Shown here in pieces: positions 1 to 15,864 of a stretch of 64,000 nucleotides of DNA; position 1 is the first letter of the stretch, and each line of letters starts with the position of its first letter. The stretch comes from Octopus vulgaris (Eukaryota), in NCBI GenBank assembly GCA_951406725.2, contig OX597821.1, positions 66,216,001 through 66,280,000 on the forward strand. Direction: 5' to 3'. Under the pieces are notes generated by a model. It did not search any database and was not told the DNA's origin. It was given only the letters and a program-made list of their open reading frames with translations. The position numbers and the translations under genes were made by a program.

Positions 1-273
1 TCTATTTTCATTCACTTGAAACACTCGGACCTTGAGTCACTCTGTTACTTCTGCTATATATATATATATATATATATATTGAAGTATATTTGCCACCTAA
101 ATGTGGCGGACACGTAGGTGATAATACTACTGTGTTGTTTATAGCCCCAGGAAGACGTCTCCTCCAGGTGGCTAACGACACACCATCTGTGTCTGATTAG
201 GATTTGCGAAGGGGCGAAACAGCGGCATCCTCTCCTATAGGTCCGCTACATCTCGGTCAGAGATTTATTATTG

Positions 274-325
<52 letters not shown>

Positions 326-344
326 GAGTTCAGTTCCAATGAGA

Positions 345-436
345 AGCACCCTAGGCAAATGTCTTCTGCTATAGCCTCAGGCCAAACCAAAGCCTTGTGA
401 GACCATTTGGTATAGGGAAACTGAAAGAAACCCATC

Positions 437-482
<46 letters not shown>

Positions 483-716
483 GTATGTATATATGTATGT
501 ATGGATGAATGGATGAATGTACGTATGTATGTATGTATACACACGATGGTATGAGTCTTTGTGTTTGCCCCCCCCTCCCACCATCGCTTGACAACCGATG
601 TTGGTGTGTTTATGTCGCCAAAACTTAACGGTTCGACAAAATAGATCGATAGAATAAGTACTAAGGCTTACAAAGAATAAGTCCTGGGGTCGATTTCTTC
701 GACAAAAAGGCGGTGA
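345..716 (+). mobile_element. tRNA-derived SINE family A, degenerate copy with internal (TA)n/(TATG)n
   Basis: Matches the family body seen at 21518 (GGCAAATGTCTTCTGCTATAGCCTC...GGAAACTGAAAGAAACCC...CTTGACAACCGATG...GATAGAATAAGTACT...GGGGTCGATTT...AAGGCGGTG). Confidence 0.8.
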
Positions 717-889
717 TGTGTGAGTGTATGTGTACAGGGGGTGTCCGTCGGATTATTTCTCAGCACACAAACCTACACAAAAACCTGCATCCGCACTTTA
801 TTTTATTAGCAAAAGATCTGGTTTCGTAGCATAGCATTTTATCAGATTTTCTGGATGTTTTGGCACGATCCATGAGGATTTACCTCTAG

Positions 890-925
<36 letters not shown>

Positions 926-1183
926 CTCTCATCACTCACTCATTCTCTCTCTCACTCTCATCACTCACTAATTCCCTCTCTCACTCTCATCTCTCTCTCA
1001 CACTATCTCTCTTTCTCTCTCTCTCTCTCTCACACACACACGCGTACTATTTTTACGAATCGAGGCCTCTTTTCCCAGTTTGTACAACCAAACGTGCGAT
1101 TGCATGCATATATGTGTTTACTCTGTTAATGAACAAGAGCAGTTTTCGATAGGCTCATTACGTACACATTCAGATATATCCAT

Positions 1184-1240
<57 letters not shown>

Positions 1241-1907
1241 AGAGAGAGAGAAAGAGAAAGCGTGTATGCTTATGTGTACGAAACGAAAGAAGCTTGCTTC
1301 AGTATGATGGCTTACTATTCTCTCAACATCCAAACATACACAAACACACGCACACTTGTACACACGACGACTAACTTATTCTCGCGCAATATATTCCGCC
1401 GCTGTTGCTGCTCTGCTAGTAATAGAACACTGCTGCTAGCACCAGCATCACCACCACCACAAACCACCAGAATCATCACTGCTACTACTACTACTACTAA
1501 TAATAATAATGCTATCCGGCACAGTAAGCGCATTAGATCCGTGAGTGTATGTATGTACTGTTGGCGACTTTTGCTGCTCTTGTTTAGCCCAAGGTCCGGC
1601 CTGATCGATCATATCTTAATCAGATCAGATCAACAGTGTGTCAACCACAATCATTAATAAAAAAAATTGGGGGGGGGGGAGGGTCTTTAGATACTACGTT
1701 GCGACGAGTATATTGTCTAATAATGTATCCTGGATGTTAAAGTAAAAAGATATATGTTATTTAAAAAAATAAAAAATAGGCTTAGCTGCTATTTCGAGCA
1801 AATGAAACGAGCGCGTTGACTCTTGTTGGCTCGATAAAAGTGTATGCGTGTGTGTGTGTGTGTGTGTATAGCTGAGTGTAAATGTGTTTGATGTGCGTGC
1901 GTGTGTG

Positions 1908-1970
<63 letters not shown>

Positions 1971-2083
1971 GTGTGTGCCCAATGGGAAGCCGTCTTCAAG
2001 CCACGCTTTGGCATACATTACAATCGCGTGTCTGCGTGAATATTTGTGCGTGTGTGTACAGTAGTTGCGCGTGCACACACACA

Positions 2084-2114
<31 letters not shown>

Positions 2115-2138
2115 TATATATGTGTGTGTGTGTGTGTG

Positions 2139-2193
<55 letters not shown>

Positions 2194-2909
2194 AACTTTT
2201 ATCTTTCACTGGTTTCGGTCATGGCACTCCGGCCAATACTAGGGCGCCGCCTTGAAGGGAATTTTGTCTAGCAGATGGACCATAGTACAAATTTTTACGT
2301 CAAGTACTTAATCTAGCGTCACTTTTACTAAAACAGCTGGATTACGGGGACATAAACAGCCTCCCTCCTATATATATATATACATACATATATATTATAT
2401 ATAAGGGAGACTTGTTCTTTTACTGGTTCCAATAACTAGATCGTGACCAAGCTGGAGCACCACTTTTAAGGGGTTATTAACCGATCATATGGATGCCACA
2501 GTACTTAATTTGTCTAACTGAGTTTGTCAAACCGCTAAGTTACCTGACATAGATACTCAAACAACACCGTTTTCTTCTACTAAAAAAAAAACATAAACAC
2601 ACACGTACACATACCATACACACGCTCAACAGATACCATCACCACTACCAGCACACCATCGCAAAACATTGCATTGGTCAATCGGAGGCTGTAGTAGAGA
2701 GAAGGCAAGTAGGATATATAAAGAAATACACTGCGCTAGTTTATTTTCTTGAGGTGAACACAGCCATTCGTCGATAAAAAGGAATCGATCGAATTTAGTA
2801 GCATACTAAATCGTACTGTACTGGGTTCGATGTAATTTATTGACTGAAGCCCTTGAAGACAGCGCCTCCACCTTGACTGCGGTTCTATATATTGAAAATA
2901 CTGTTTGTA

Positions 2910-2942
<33 letters not shown>

Positions 2943-3680
2943 TGTACACTATATTTGTGTATCGATTAGATGATGAAAGCATGCATAGCACAGAGGTGGA
3001 ATAATTAGTGCGGTAACAACTAAACAGGCATACATCATAGTCGTCGTCATCACCATCATCATCATCATCATTGTCATCGTCTTCACTAACGAAAGAGAGA
3101 GAGAGAGAGAGAGGAGTCACTTCGGCGAGGAATCATAATAGTGACGACGTTCCACCTGTTAGAAATAGTAGCCAAATCTACCATCTTTACCTCTCTCAAC
3201 CGCAATCAATATCTTTAAAATAAATAAAGAACACACTGGATAATGTAGTAATCTAGATGTCCACCCAAATTCGACGGGGTGGTTACGAATGGAAAGCATT
3301 CTGATAGTAAAGTTTCCTCAATCAAGAGTGGTTAAGGAATTTCATTCTTTTTACAGTTTGGTCAGAGAAGTCGATGCAATGCCCATGGGTTTTCGCAGAG
3401 CCTCCAACAGTGAGAGAAATCGAGAATTGGAACGAGGTCACACAAGTTTTTGACGGAAGGAAGGAAGGAGCACTAAATCAGAATTCAATACATGACTGGT
3501 CATTATTGTATATGGACCCCGAAAGGAGTGAAATGTAAAACCGACTTCGGTGAGATTTGAAAGGAGATCAGACGGTGGGTGATAAGATTAGAGCAGGTTG
3601 TTTTGTGTGTCGCTTCTAACGATACTGCCAAAGTGACGGTAATACAAACACGAGTATTCGCATGTACACACATTTCACAG

Positions 3681-3736
<56 letters not shown>

Positions 3737-4272
3737 AAATACATATGTATACAAACTATACACGTGTGTATAAATTAAAAACACTAAGGGTGAAAAATTG
3801 AATATTAATTTGATTAATATCAATTTAAAACCAGTGGTCTAGCATATAGAAAAATCTGAAGATTCAGAAAAATTATATTACATACATATAAGTAGGATGA
3901 CCACTAAGTGGGTATCCATTATGCAAGAAGTCGACCCCCTATGGTCTTACCACTAAGAAAGGAATGTTCTCAAGAAAATTTAGCAAACGCCAGAACGAAC
4001 GTAAGCGAGCAAGACAAATGAAAAGATTATATATATGTATATATATACATATACACTTATGTGTATAAAGTCCGAGAGCTGAATTTAGGAAATTATATAT
4101 AATTCTTTAGTTTCGAGCGTTTCGATACTACATGGTAATATATATTTCACGAACACGATTTTGTAATATTACAATATATTATATGTAAACCATGCCTATC
4201 TTATCGTACAGAGATTCATTTGCAGTAGTGGTGACTGAGGATTCTGCTCGAATTACTAAATTCTCCTTTACC

Positions 4273-4328
<56 letters not shown>

Positions 4329-4925
4329 GAAGGACAGGAAAAGACAACTCAAAAAGTTTAAACTTGAGTAATTTAAGTATGAAATACAGCTTTTGATCTT
4401 CAGCAGTACAGTGACAGGTTTTAGCGTTATGAAATCTCTTCAGCAAGCCAAAAATACAATCTACGACCGCAAGGCTCTGAAACACTTATATGATACAAGT
4501 AAATTAACAGTGAGTTATAATTAATGACTGTCGTTTCTCATCATTAGCGGTATAATCTTAATGTGTTGAAATAATTTCCTGGTTTCCCAGATAACGTTTT
4601 ACTAACAACCACTTTACTATTAAGTTTTTTATGCAGCTGGCGTCCATCTTTTTTGTTTATTTCGTTGAATAACGTGTTTAAGACTTCATTATAGAAACGC
4701 TTGTCTCTATTTAGAGCAATTCTAGTTGTTGTTTGCAGTATGGCGGAATGGTTTCGCAACCACGTGATCCTGTGTTCAATCCCACCACGTAGTATCTTCT
4801 TTATATCATTGTCTATCGCCTCGTGTCGACTTATGTTTTGTGAATGAATTTCGATAGACGGAAACTATGCTGAATCCTTCCAGATGGACTGTAACTTCAC
4901 TTCAAAGGATACAACCTTGTTTCTT

Positions 4926-4983
<58 letters not shown>

Positions 4984-5309
4984 TACCGTACTGATCTTGC
5001 CTCAGGAATACTCAACCACCTACAGGGTAATTAAGGGGCGGGTAATTTCAGTTGCTCGAACAGCTAAAACCTCATTATCGAGCGAAGGAAACCGAAACCA
5101 ATCATATTTGATGTTTCGCTACAGATCAACTCTGATCGAATACCCGTATTATGAAAATTATTCCCGCTACCCGTGACCATCTCATCTTTTTTAGGGGTAT
5201 CTGGCATTGCATTGTACGATGAATTCTCCCTTTATTTCAATGGTAGAGTTTAATCTGAAGAAGAACTGCCCGTTATTTTTAGCTGGTCGGTTTAAGCGAT
5301 TAGCTGTGG

Positions 5310-5520
5310 TTGTTGGTGTTTAACCCGAGGTCACACTTAATCCAGTAGACTCTTGATCAAAGGCATTCCAGTCCGTGACCATCTTATCTTTTCCCTATGT
5401 ATAACGAGAAGCTAGGACAACATTATCGAACGAGTATTTTTCTCTTCTAACTAAAGCGGTATGATATGAGGGTGATTTGCCTCTTCTATTTAGCAGTTTG
5501 GACAGTTACGAGATAGAACC
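5310..5520. repeat. Old dispersed repeat family (representative copy; about 10 degenerate relatives in window)
   Basis: Motifs TTTAGCCCCAGGTCAG...GATCAAAGGCATTCCAG...TGAGGGAGATTTGGCTGCTATTTCTAGCAG recur near 1580, 3170(-), 9600, 12220(-), 55240(-), 57490 and 59675. Confidence 0.55.
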
Positions 5521-5819
5521 TCGAAGATATAACCTCTTTTTAATGTGTGTGTGTGTGTTTGAACGTGCGTGAAAGCATTTAAGTAAATTGTAAGGCAAAC
5601 TAAAAACGCGTATTCTACGTAGAAGACTAGCCCCTCGTTAGTTACTCTGTATAAGCGTTTAAGGAGAGAAAGACAAAAATAGTAAGTATTTTAATACAAG
5701 TTAAAAATACACTGCGGTTAATAGCGTAAATTAAGGGAGATTTAGTTGTTATTTTTAGCAAAACCAATGATTATTTAAAGATTCCTTGACTGGTCCATTA
5801 CATGCGAGCGTATAAGTGT

Positions 5820-5876
<57 letters not shown>

Positions 5877-6143
5877 GGTGATGAATAGAGATGGAAGGAG
5901 AGCGAGGATTGGTCGTGTAATAAATGTGAATAGAAAGATGCTGTTTACTTACTCTACGTTACAAGCGTGTAACGTCTAGTTCTATGTGAATTATTATTGC
6001 CGTATTCTACGTTGAATTTTAACAGCTCTAATAGTTATATTTATAATATGCATTTAAAATGCCTGAGTAAAGTCAGATAACGATAATAGATATTGTGCTT
6101 AGGTAAAAAGAGTGGCTTTCGGTTGATACATGCACACGCATGA

Positions 6144-6197
<54 letters not shown>

Positions 6198-6927
6198 CTG
6201 CCACTCTCATTTATATATATGTAAGTACACACACGTACACACACACACGACCTGATATCAATCTTGTCAAACAAAATACATGTATGTGTGTTTTACAGAG
6301 AGATTTATATATACGTACATTAAGCATACCTATAAATTCACACACACATACACACACACATGCGTGTGTGTGTGTGTTTATATATGTATTGCTGTACGTA
6401 TGTACGTACGTACGTATGTATGTATATATAAATAAATATATTCATACACAAAGGAGTGAGTGAGTGAGTGAGTGGATGGAATCCTTTATGGGGATTGTTC
6501 GGCATGCTAGGTAGAAATAGAAGCCGAAGATTCCTCGACTTTGCAGCTTGCAATTCCGAGAATCAAAAGACACATGGGATGGTAATGTATTCATAAATTC
6601 TGTTCCACCTGAAATAAAACAGATGCGATGGTCACGGAATGAATATCTATTATGAACGACAAGAGAATGATTAGAAGCTTAACCACCACCGTTACTCACA
6701 CACACACACATGAACGCACGCACACGCATGAACGCACGCACACATACACGCACGCGCACGGTATATATTCTGAAATTACTTGTTTATGTGTGTGTGTGTG
6801 TGAGTGTGTGTGTGCAAATTAATGGAAATTACTAGTTCGAACGATAACTTCACACATATTAAAGAAACAAACACACTTGCGCATGTACGCATGCGTACAT
6901 ACACATTTACTAACACGTACGAGCAGG

Positions 6928-6961
<34 letters not shown>

Positions 6962-7011
6962 CATACACACACATCTATACATACACACACATCTATCTAT
7001 CATCTATCTAG

Positions 7012-7080
<69 letters not shown>

Positions 7081-7112
7081 ATATCTATCTATCTATAACC
7101 CGAATCAACCGA

Positions 7113-7164
<52 letters not shown>

Positions 7165-7170
<6 letters not shown>

Positions 7171-7228
7171 CATATACTCTAAGTATATAAACGTGATGAG
7201 TCCCTGTTCATACATACCTTATTCTCAA

Positions 7229-7266
<38 letters not shown>

Positions 7267-7321
7267 TACATATACTCTAGTATATAAACATGATGAGTCC
7301 CTGTTCATACCTTATTCTCAA

Positions 7322-7367
<46 letters not shown>

Positions 7368-7428
7368 TACCTACATATACTCTAGTATATAAACATGAGT
7401 CCCTGTTCATACCTGATTCTCAAATATG
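7165..7428 (+). repeat. Three tandem copies of a ~60-bp unit separated by (TA)n
   Basis: CATATACTCTAGTATATAAAC(ATG)ATGAGTCCCTGTTCATACCTTATTCTCAAATAT repeated three times. Confidence 0.85.
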
Positions 7429-7443
7429 ATGTGTATATATATG

Positions 7444-7492
<49 letters not shown>

Positions 7493-7761
7493 AAGACACA
7501 CACGCATGCAAACCCCGGATTGCTAACTGGATTTCCTTTTAATGACGTGGATAACGGAACAGACAGATAATGGCATTGATATTTAAACGATTTTTAATAA
7601 TATTGACCGTTAAGAGTACACAACCCACATTTACACATCACAAAAACACATATACATGCAGCAGAACGCGCACACACGCGCGTACGGCTATGAAGACGTT
7701 ATACACCCGCACGCTTATCGCATACGGATAGGGTAAATATTACAGTCACCCGCGATAACTC

Positions 7762-7800
<39 letters not shown>

Positions 7801-7874
7801 CGTACACACGTATATACGGTGTATGCATTTATTCTTGTGGACACGTTGAAATATACACTGATGTATCTTTTATC

Positions 7875-8137
7875 TCATACTTGTTTCATTAGACTGCGCC
7901 CATGCTGGGGCACCGCTTTGCAGAAGTTTAATCGGACGAATCGTCGTCCACTGTGCTTATTATTTTCAACTATTCATTTATTATTTAATTTTGTTTGTTT
8001 GTTTGTTTGTTTGTTTGTAAAGTCTGGTATTTATTCTAATCGGTCCCTTTTTGCCGAACCGCTAAGTTATGGAGGCGTAAACACACCAACACCGGTTGGG
8101 AGGTGGTGGGGATGGACAAACACAGACCAAAGACACA

Positions 8138-8186
<49 letters not shown>

Positions 8187-8301
8187 CGACGGGCTTCTTT
8201 CGGCTGTAGTAGAAGTCGCATGGCCAAGGTGCCACGCAGTGGGACTGAACCCGGAACCATGTGCTTGGGAAGCTAACTTCTTACCACACAGCCACGACTG
8301 C
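7875..8301 (-). mobile_element. SINE family A copy (internally deleted)
   Basis: Reverse complement of the head (CCAAGGTGCCACGCAGTGGGACTGAACCCGGAACCATGTG) and tail (CCATGCTGGGGCACCGC), with internal (TA)n. Confidence 0.85.
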
Positions 8302-8302
8302 G

Positions 8303-8405
<103 letters not shown>

Positions 8406-11359
8406 TGGATGGATGGATGGATGGATGGATGGATGGATGGATGGATGGATGGATGACAGACAGACAGACAGACAGACAGATAGATACATAGATAGATAGA
8501 TAGATAGATAGATATAGGTAAATAGATAGCTAGATATAGATAGATAGATATTGACAGACAGATAGATAGACAGACAGACAGACAGAAAGGTAGGTATGTA
8601 GGTAGGTAAGATAGTGGAAGTCAATATGATCACACTTGGACGAAATCTTTACGTTAACAGCAACTGACAGATTGATAACATAAAGCAAATAAGTTGTTTA
8701 GGATCCACCAATTTCGATAACTATAACCGACTGATTGATCAGTTAAGCAGCGTCCACTGTATGTGTATATATGAACATGTGTGTGTGTGTGTGTGTGCGC
8801 TTGTATATATGTATGTGTGTTAGTGTGAGATGTATGGAATATGCATTTATTGATGGTATATGATTGATTGATTGATTCTAGTTTCAGCTTATGAGCTGTG
8901 GCCATGTATGTGTTAGTATGTGCGTGAAAACGTGTGTATAATTGTGTGTATGATATACCTCTGTGCGGAAGATGCATACGTGTCTATGTATGTATATATA
9001 TATATATATGTGTGTCTGTGTGTGTAATTATGCGCGTGCTTATGTGTGTGTTATGGTAATGCGATGGCATGTGCGTGTGTATGTGTATAACAATTACAGG
9101 TTTAGATGTGTATACGAAATAGCATGTTTATACAATTTGCTACACACACACACACACACACACAGGCGAGTGTATAAAAATATATCTATCTGTTGATAGA
9201 TTCCGTATATAATTGTTGCATTTTACTCTCTTTGACTTTCTCCGTAACACACAAGCATGCATACACATTCATTCATATATATACTCGTATGTGTGTGTGT
9301 GTGTGTGTGTGCGTGTGTGTGTGTGTGTTCTTTTTAGTTACCAGTCAAATCCCGACCGAGCAAAATATACGATGCAAGGCTTGCCAACCACGACAATCTC
9401 GTTTTGTTTTTCTCTCGTCCCCACCATCGAGCCCTACGAGACTGAATTCGTCTAGGACCTCATTAATCTACATTTTCATTAGCTAAGAAATACTACGTTC
9501 GATTTGAGGGACATTTAGCTGTTACGTCTTGCCTGTCGCGCCACTAAACTGAAGTTCCTTCGTTGGCGCGCATAAGACAAGATCTTGGGCTTGTGAAGCA
9601 TTGGTGTTTCGCCCCAGGTAAACTCTGATAGAGTAGATTTTTATTCGGAAGCATTCCATAATTGAGTATAACCTGTGTCCTTCATTTTATTACAAAAAAA
9701 AAAAAAAAATGAGGGAGTTTTGGCTGTTATTCCTAGCAGCTCGAGCGACTGACTAGAGACTAATCTAATTGTATACAAATGTTTATATACATGCTAGCAT
9801 GATATACATACGCACACACTATTCCTAGGCATCTGTCTGTAAAGTAATTTCACATGAAAATGTAAACGTTTTTGTATTACGATACGCAAAATATCAACAC
9901 ATACATAATTAATTACACATTTGTTGTGTGTGAGTGTATAATAATAGATCTGTCCGTGTGCGTGTGTGTGTGTGCGCGTATGTGAAAAGTATGTTATACA
10001 TTTGTGAACAATAGCGTCGTTAATTACAGATTCTCATCGGACTAGTGCCAAATAACAAGGGATTCGCCGTAAGGAATATATTCGGGTAGAATAAGCACCA
10101 GAAGGTAATTTTCGTCAGATACTACAAATTTTTCGACAATTTCTTGCCGATGTGAATATCTTTGGCCAAGACACACACACACACACACACTCTGGGCTTT
10201 TTATGTTGTGTTCGTCTACCGAATTTATTTCCCTACACACTGAAGGCAATAAAGGCTGTAGCATGGTGTCGCGCTCTCGAATCGAACCTGGAACCACGTA
10301 ACTGCAAAAGAAACTTCTTGCTCGCACAACCGTACTAGTGCCGCAGGCAGAGTTCATATGGTTATGGAATATCAAGTAATGTTATCGCATGTTATAACAT
10401 AGTTTACAGACTCAGATAATTACTGCTAGTTAGGTCGAGCCTTAGACGAAATTCCTCGGGTTTAGTAAAATTCATAGAGGCCCATAAAAATAGTAAAACG
10501 AATGGAACCAGCAATATACCTTCCTAGATCCTACTGAATGTGTGATATTGTGTCGCAGCGTCGGGGAAAAAAATGTCTTGTGATATGAAGTTATGGTTGC
10601 TTATGTTTTGTGCTCAAGTAAGGACGATTTTGCCTTTCGTGGGGTGGGGTCGATAAAATAAAATACTAAATCAAGGACGTGGGTCGGTCTAATGTGCAAA
10701 CATCCAGTACGTCCAGCTAAATTTCTGACCTTGAGCCTGAATTATAAAAAAGAATTAGGGTAGTGGTTTGGCTGAAGCGCTTGTGCGTCGGACAAAATAC
10801 TTTGCGATGCTACTTCCAGCAGCTCATTACGCTCGGTGTTCAAATCCCACCGCGGCCAACTTACCTTTTGACATCAATAAAATTCAGTTCCTGGCAAGAA
10901 CTGAGTTCCGAGGTATCAACTAACTCCCTACTCTCGAAATAACTCGAGCCTTAAATATCTAAAGAAGTCACAGCCACTGTTATTATTTACTATCACCACT
11001 TCGTCGCCGAAAACTGTGCATTTTGGATTCCTGGTAAATAAACTTCATTCTTTGTCCTCCAGGACTGTCCTAAGTGCCAAATGTGGACTCTGTGTGTTGT
11101 AAAAGCAGAAGTTCCTATTCTGCTTGTAAGCTCTGCTTCCTGACAATTTAATACCCTTTACTCAGTTCGCTTGCTACCCCAATTTTTACCCCTCAACATA
11201 TATAATAATAACAAGAAAACAATTTCTTGTATACTACAAAATTTCTTGCATAGCATTAACAGCCTTTTACCTAACAATAAGCAACCTTAAAATTGAAGAA
11301 AGGAGAGAAGAAAGCGAGCAAAAAAAAAAAAAAGAAAAACTATATGAAAATAATAGAAA

Positions 11360-11575
11360 CAAGGCCTGGAATTTGGGTGGGGGAGGGACTAGTTGATTAC
11401 ATCGAACCCAGTGCAAACAGATATTTATTGCATCTAATCTGAAAGAATAAAAGGCTAAGTCGACCTCGGCGGAATTTGAACTCAGAACATAAAGACGGAC
11501 GAAAAGCCGCTAAGCATTTCGCCCGGCGTGCTTAACGATTCTGCCAGCTCGCTGCCTTAATAATAATAATAATAA

Positions 11576-11606
<31 letters not shown>

Positions 11607-11830
11607 TACAAATTTTGCCACAAGGGCAGCAAATTTGACAGGGAGGATGAGTAAATTAAATCAACCCCCCCCCCAGTGTTCAACTGGTACTTCTTTTATC
11701 GACCCCGAAATGGATGAAAGGCTAAGTCGACCTCGGTGGAATTTGAAACCAGAGCACATAGAACCGGACGAAAAGCCGCTAAGCATTTTTTCCCGGCGTG
11801 CTAACGATTCTGCCAGCTACCTGCCTCAGA
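11360..11830 (-). mobile_element. Two tandem SINE family B copies (Meta/MESC-like central domain)
   Basis: Reverse complement of GGCGAGCTGGCAGAATCGTTAGCACGCCGGGCGAAATGCTTAGCGG...GAGTTCAAATTCCGCCGAGGTCGAC..GCCTTTCATCC, separated by (TAA)n/(TAG)n. The domain name is from recollection of the Meta-SINE consensus. Confidence 0.8.
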
Positions 11831-11902
<72 letters not shown>

Positions 11903-12496
11903 CGTGATGATTTTTCAGATTTGAAAAAAATAAAAAAAATAAATTCGCTCCATTTCGGATCTCTAAAAATTACTCCTAGAATTCTATTATTTTCTTTTCA
12001 AGTTCACAATTGCTTTTTTATATGCGACTGAAAGGAGTCAATCGCCTCATTTAAACGTTTTGTAGGGATATAGCCGAGCCATAACGACTTTCACATTTTT
12101 TTTTTTTTTTTTTCTTTTAACTACAGACACTCACATTTTACAAAGACGGTGGTGCTGATGATAGTGGTGGTGGTGGTGGTAGTGGTAGTAGTGATGGAGC
12201 TTTAATCCGGTCGAGTTGCTTCAGATGCTAGAAATAGCAGTTAAATACTACTTTTTTTTTTAAACCGCACACCTCACCCAACCTCTTAAAATATTGGCAA
12301 TATAACCATGAGATATACACGCAACAAGAGATATCACAGATGGAATGTCTTTGATAGTACAAGTCTGTATATAATCCGAGCTGACCTCGAGCCTAACAAC
12401 ATCAATTCATTTTACTATTAGCATACCTAGGAATAACAGTGTGTTGTGTGGGTCCACACATATTTACAGAAAGCAGTTTGTCTGCATGCACGTTGA

Positions 12497-12556
<60 letters not shown>

Positions 12557-12573
12557 ATCTATCTATCTATCTA

Positions 12574-12640
<67 letters not shown>

Positions 12641-12641
12641 T

Positions 12642-12709
<68 letters not shown>

Positions 12710-12731
12710 CCTATCTATCTATCTATCTATC

Positions 12732-12765
<34 letters not shown>

Positions 12766-13225
12766 GTATCTATCTATCTATCTATCTATCTATTTATATA
12801 TCTATCTATCTATCCATCTATCTATCTATCTTTCTTTCTTTCTATCCACATGTATACCGTATATACACATAGACCTTTTAGCATTCTCATAACGTAATTT
12901 ACAATGTGTAGAGCTATATATAACTCTTACTCGATTATGCATGTAACAGTATTTTCTGTAAGACACACGTGATCAGTGACAATGTTTTCGATAGTATTGT
13001 TTTAATAACCAGCTCACTTCTGATCGAGTACAGCGATATTCAAAGAAATATGGCCCTCTTGTCTTTTTATCTAGCTTGGAGTATACTGTCCAGTTCGTCT
13101 ATCCCTTATTAAAGTGGCAGGATGCAATTTGAAGGAATTTGTTTTTCGCATGCATGAAGAGGGAGAGAGAGAGAGAGAGAGAAGTATGTACGAGTGCATA
13201 TATAAATAATATATATATATATATG

Positions 13226-13279
<54 letters not shown>

Positions 13280-14641
13280 CCACGTGAAGATTCCCAAGTG
13301 TGTGTGTATGTGTGTGTGTGTATAAAATCATAGAATCAGATATTTTCGCCTGATGATCGCAAGCATGTGAAACACGGGTCGGCAAGTATAGCAATATAAC
13401 TAACCAGTTTTAATAAACAACATACTCAACATTATGTATAGAGTTCTCCACTCATCTTTCAGTAATAGACTGTAGCATTTCAGTATGTATGTGTGCGTTC
13501 GCGTCCGTGTTTGTGTGTGTGTGTGTCCGTGTGTCGCGGGAAAGGGTTGAATGTGTAATTGTGTGTATTATATTGGATTCTTCCTATAAAGAATCACAGT
13601 TCTATGGATAGAATTTAGATAACGAAATCAACGTAGACGTATTACAAATTTGAACTTTATTAACATCTTGCATACTTTTATTGTTCCGCATACATATTGT
13701 ATTTGCGAAGTGTGTGTTAACTCGTCATATGTGATGTGCATATAGCATGTACGTACGTATATATATATATATATACGCGCGTGTATATAATGTACGTATA
13801 ATGTATGCGAATATGTTCGAAGTTTTGAGTTTACAATATTAATATATGAATGAATGTAGAGTTCAAAATAGTTTGTATGCATATGCGTACGCATGTATGC
13901 GCATAGGCAAGTGTATGTATATATATATATATACACAAGCATACACAATGTAAATATGTTTAATTAAATACGTATAACTGGAGAGTAACTGTATAACCAG
14001 ATGTAGTATAATTATATATATACACATACAAATATATTCGTCCGTGTGTACGAGTGTATGTGAATGTATACGTGTGATAAGCATGTCTTTATATACGTTT
14101 AGCTACAGAAATGAATGTGTATAGGCGCGAGATGTGTGTGTGTGTGTGTATACGTAAACTGTTGATCTATAGGACTTGTGACGATTGTGGGTCCAAAACT
14201 AGAAGACATCTCTCTACAGCTTTCCCACCTTCACTCCAGAATCACACGGGTGTATATATACACACGGGATACTTGCGAATATAAATCTGTGAAATAATAT
14301 TATATATATATATAGGAAAGAAGACTTAACGTGTAGTGGATGTACCTACATTGTACATCAAGCAAAAATATATTTGGTTGCATGCAAGCTTCTATGCATT
14401 GTATGTGTGTGTGTGTATGTATGTATATGTGTGTTGTTTGTAGATGTTGGTATGTGTTTGTGTGCATATGTGTGTGTGTGTGTCTGTTCATGATTGGTAT
14501 GCCCCATCAATCCTCGAGCATGTCCAATTTTCACCAGACCAGACACACACACAAACACACATCCACATAGAAACGCACACATTAGACAACACCAACTCGT
14601 TTATGTTTGTACGAATGCGTGTGTATGTACACACACACACA

Positions 14642-14687
<46 letters not shown>

Positions 14688-14914
14688 TACAGATAAAAGT
14701 ATACATCTATCGTTCGCATCAATGGAGCGATATTGCCAAATAATTCAGACATTGGCACTTGGAGGCTTATATATTATGTACGATACATACAAGCACGTAC
14801 GTGTGTGTGTGTGAATGTAATATGTAAAAACAGACACACTACCCATGATGTGGCCGAGTCTACGCATTTCTGGTTTCGTTTTCGGTTGTGAGTATATAAG
14901 CATACATATACGAT

Positions 14915-14972
<58 letters not shown>

Positions 14973-15121
14973 CTATGTATGTACATACGTATGTAAAGTA
15001 CGTATGTATGTTATGTTCGTAAACATGTATGTATAACATGTATATATCTCTGTCCGTGTCTAAAGCTATTTATGTATTTCAGTATAAAGATCGCTACACT
15101 TGAGCAATATTAAATGTGTTT

Positions 15122-15152
<31 letters not shown>

Positions 15153-15334
15153 CATACAGACACAGCCACCCCGCTCTATAAAGTATTAGAAGTATAAAGT
15201 GAAAAAAAAATATATATAAGGGTGTTTGAATAAGTAAGAGTTACAAATTTTAAAAAGCAGAACAAATGAACATCACCTGCAGAAAGAGACTAGAAAAGGC
15301 ATATAAAAAAACAACAACTTCATATACATACATG

Positions 15335-15370
<36 letters not shown>

Positions 15371-15833
15371 ATATATATATATATATATATATAGATAGAT
15401 AGATAGATAGATAGATACAGATATAGATATATATAGATATAGATCATATTCAATTATATGTGCACTTTCTTTTAATAATTGTTTAATGAAAGGCAAACTG
15501 TAAAATAACATACCATGGCGTGGTTTTGAATATATCTCTCCGAACCAGGTTCCGTTGGATGGTAAATATGTTCCTTTTCGGATTGCAGTACTAAATCTGT
15601 TTATAGTATGATGTTGTGAAATGGTGTGTGTGTGTGTATGTGTATGTATGTACGATTGAGTTGTTGCATGTGTCTGTACGTGTGTACGTGCGTGTGTGTG
15701 TATGTGTATATATGTGTATCTGTGTATTAGTCTATTTATATATATATACGTAAATATATTTACGTATATATATCGGCATACATCCACATATCACAAACGG
15801 TATAAATAGTTTTACTTATCTATAAATATGTAC

Positions 15834-15864
<31 letters not shown>

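Noticed and set aside
4236-4260. CTGAGGA...CGAAT motifs here and at ~24592-24625 as hammerheads
   Set aside because: GAAA is not intact, and stems I and III cannot be formed.
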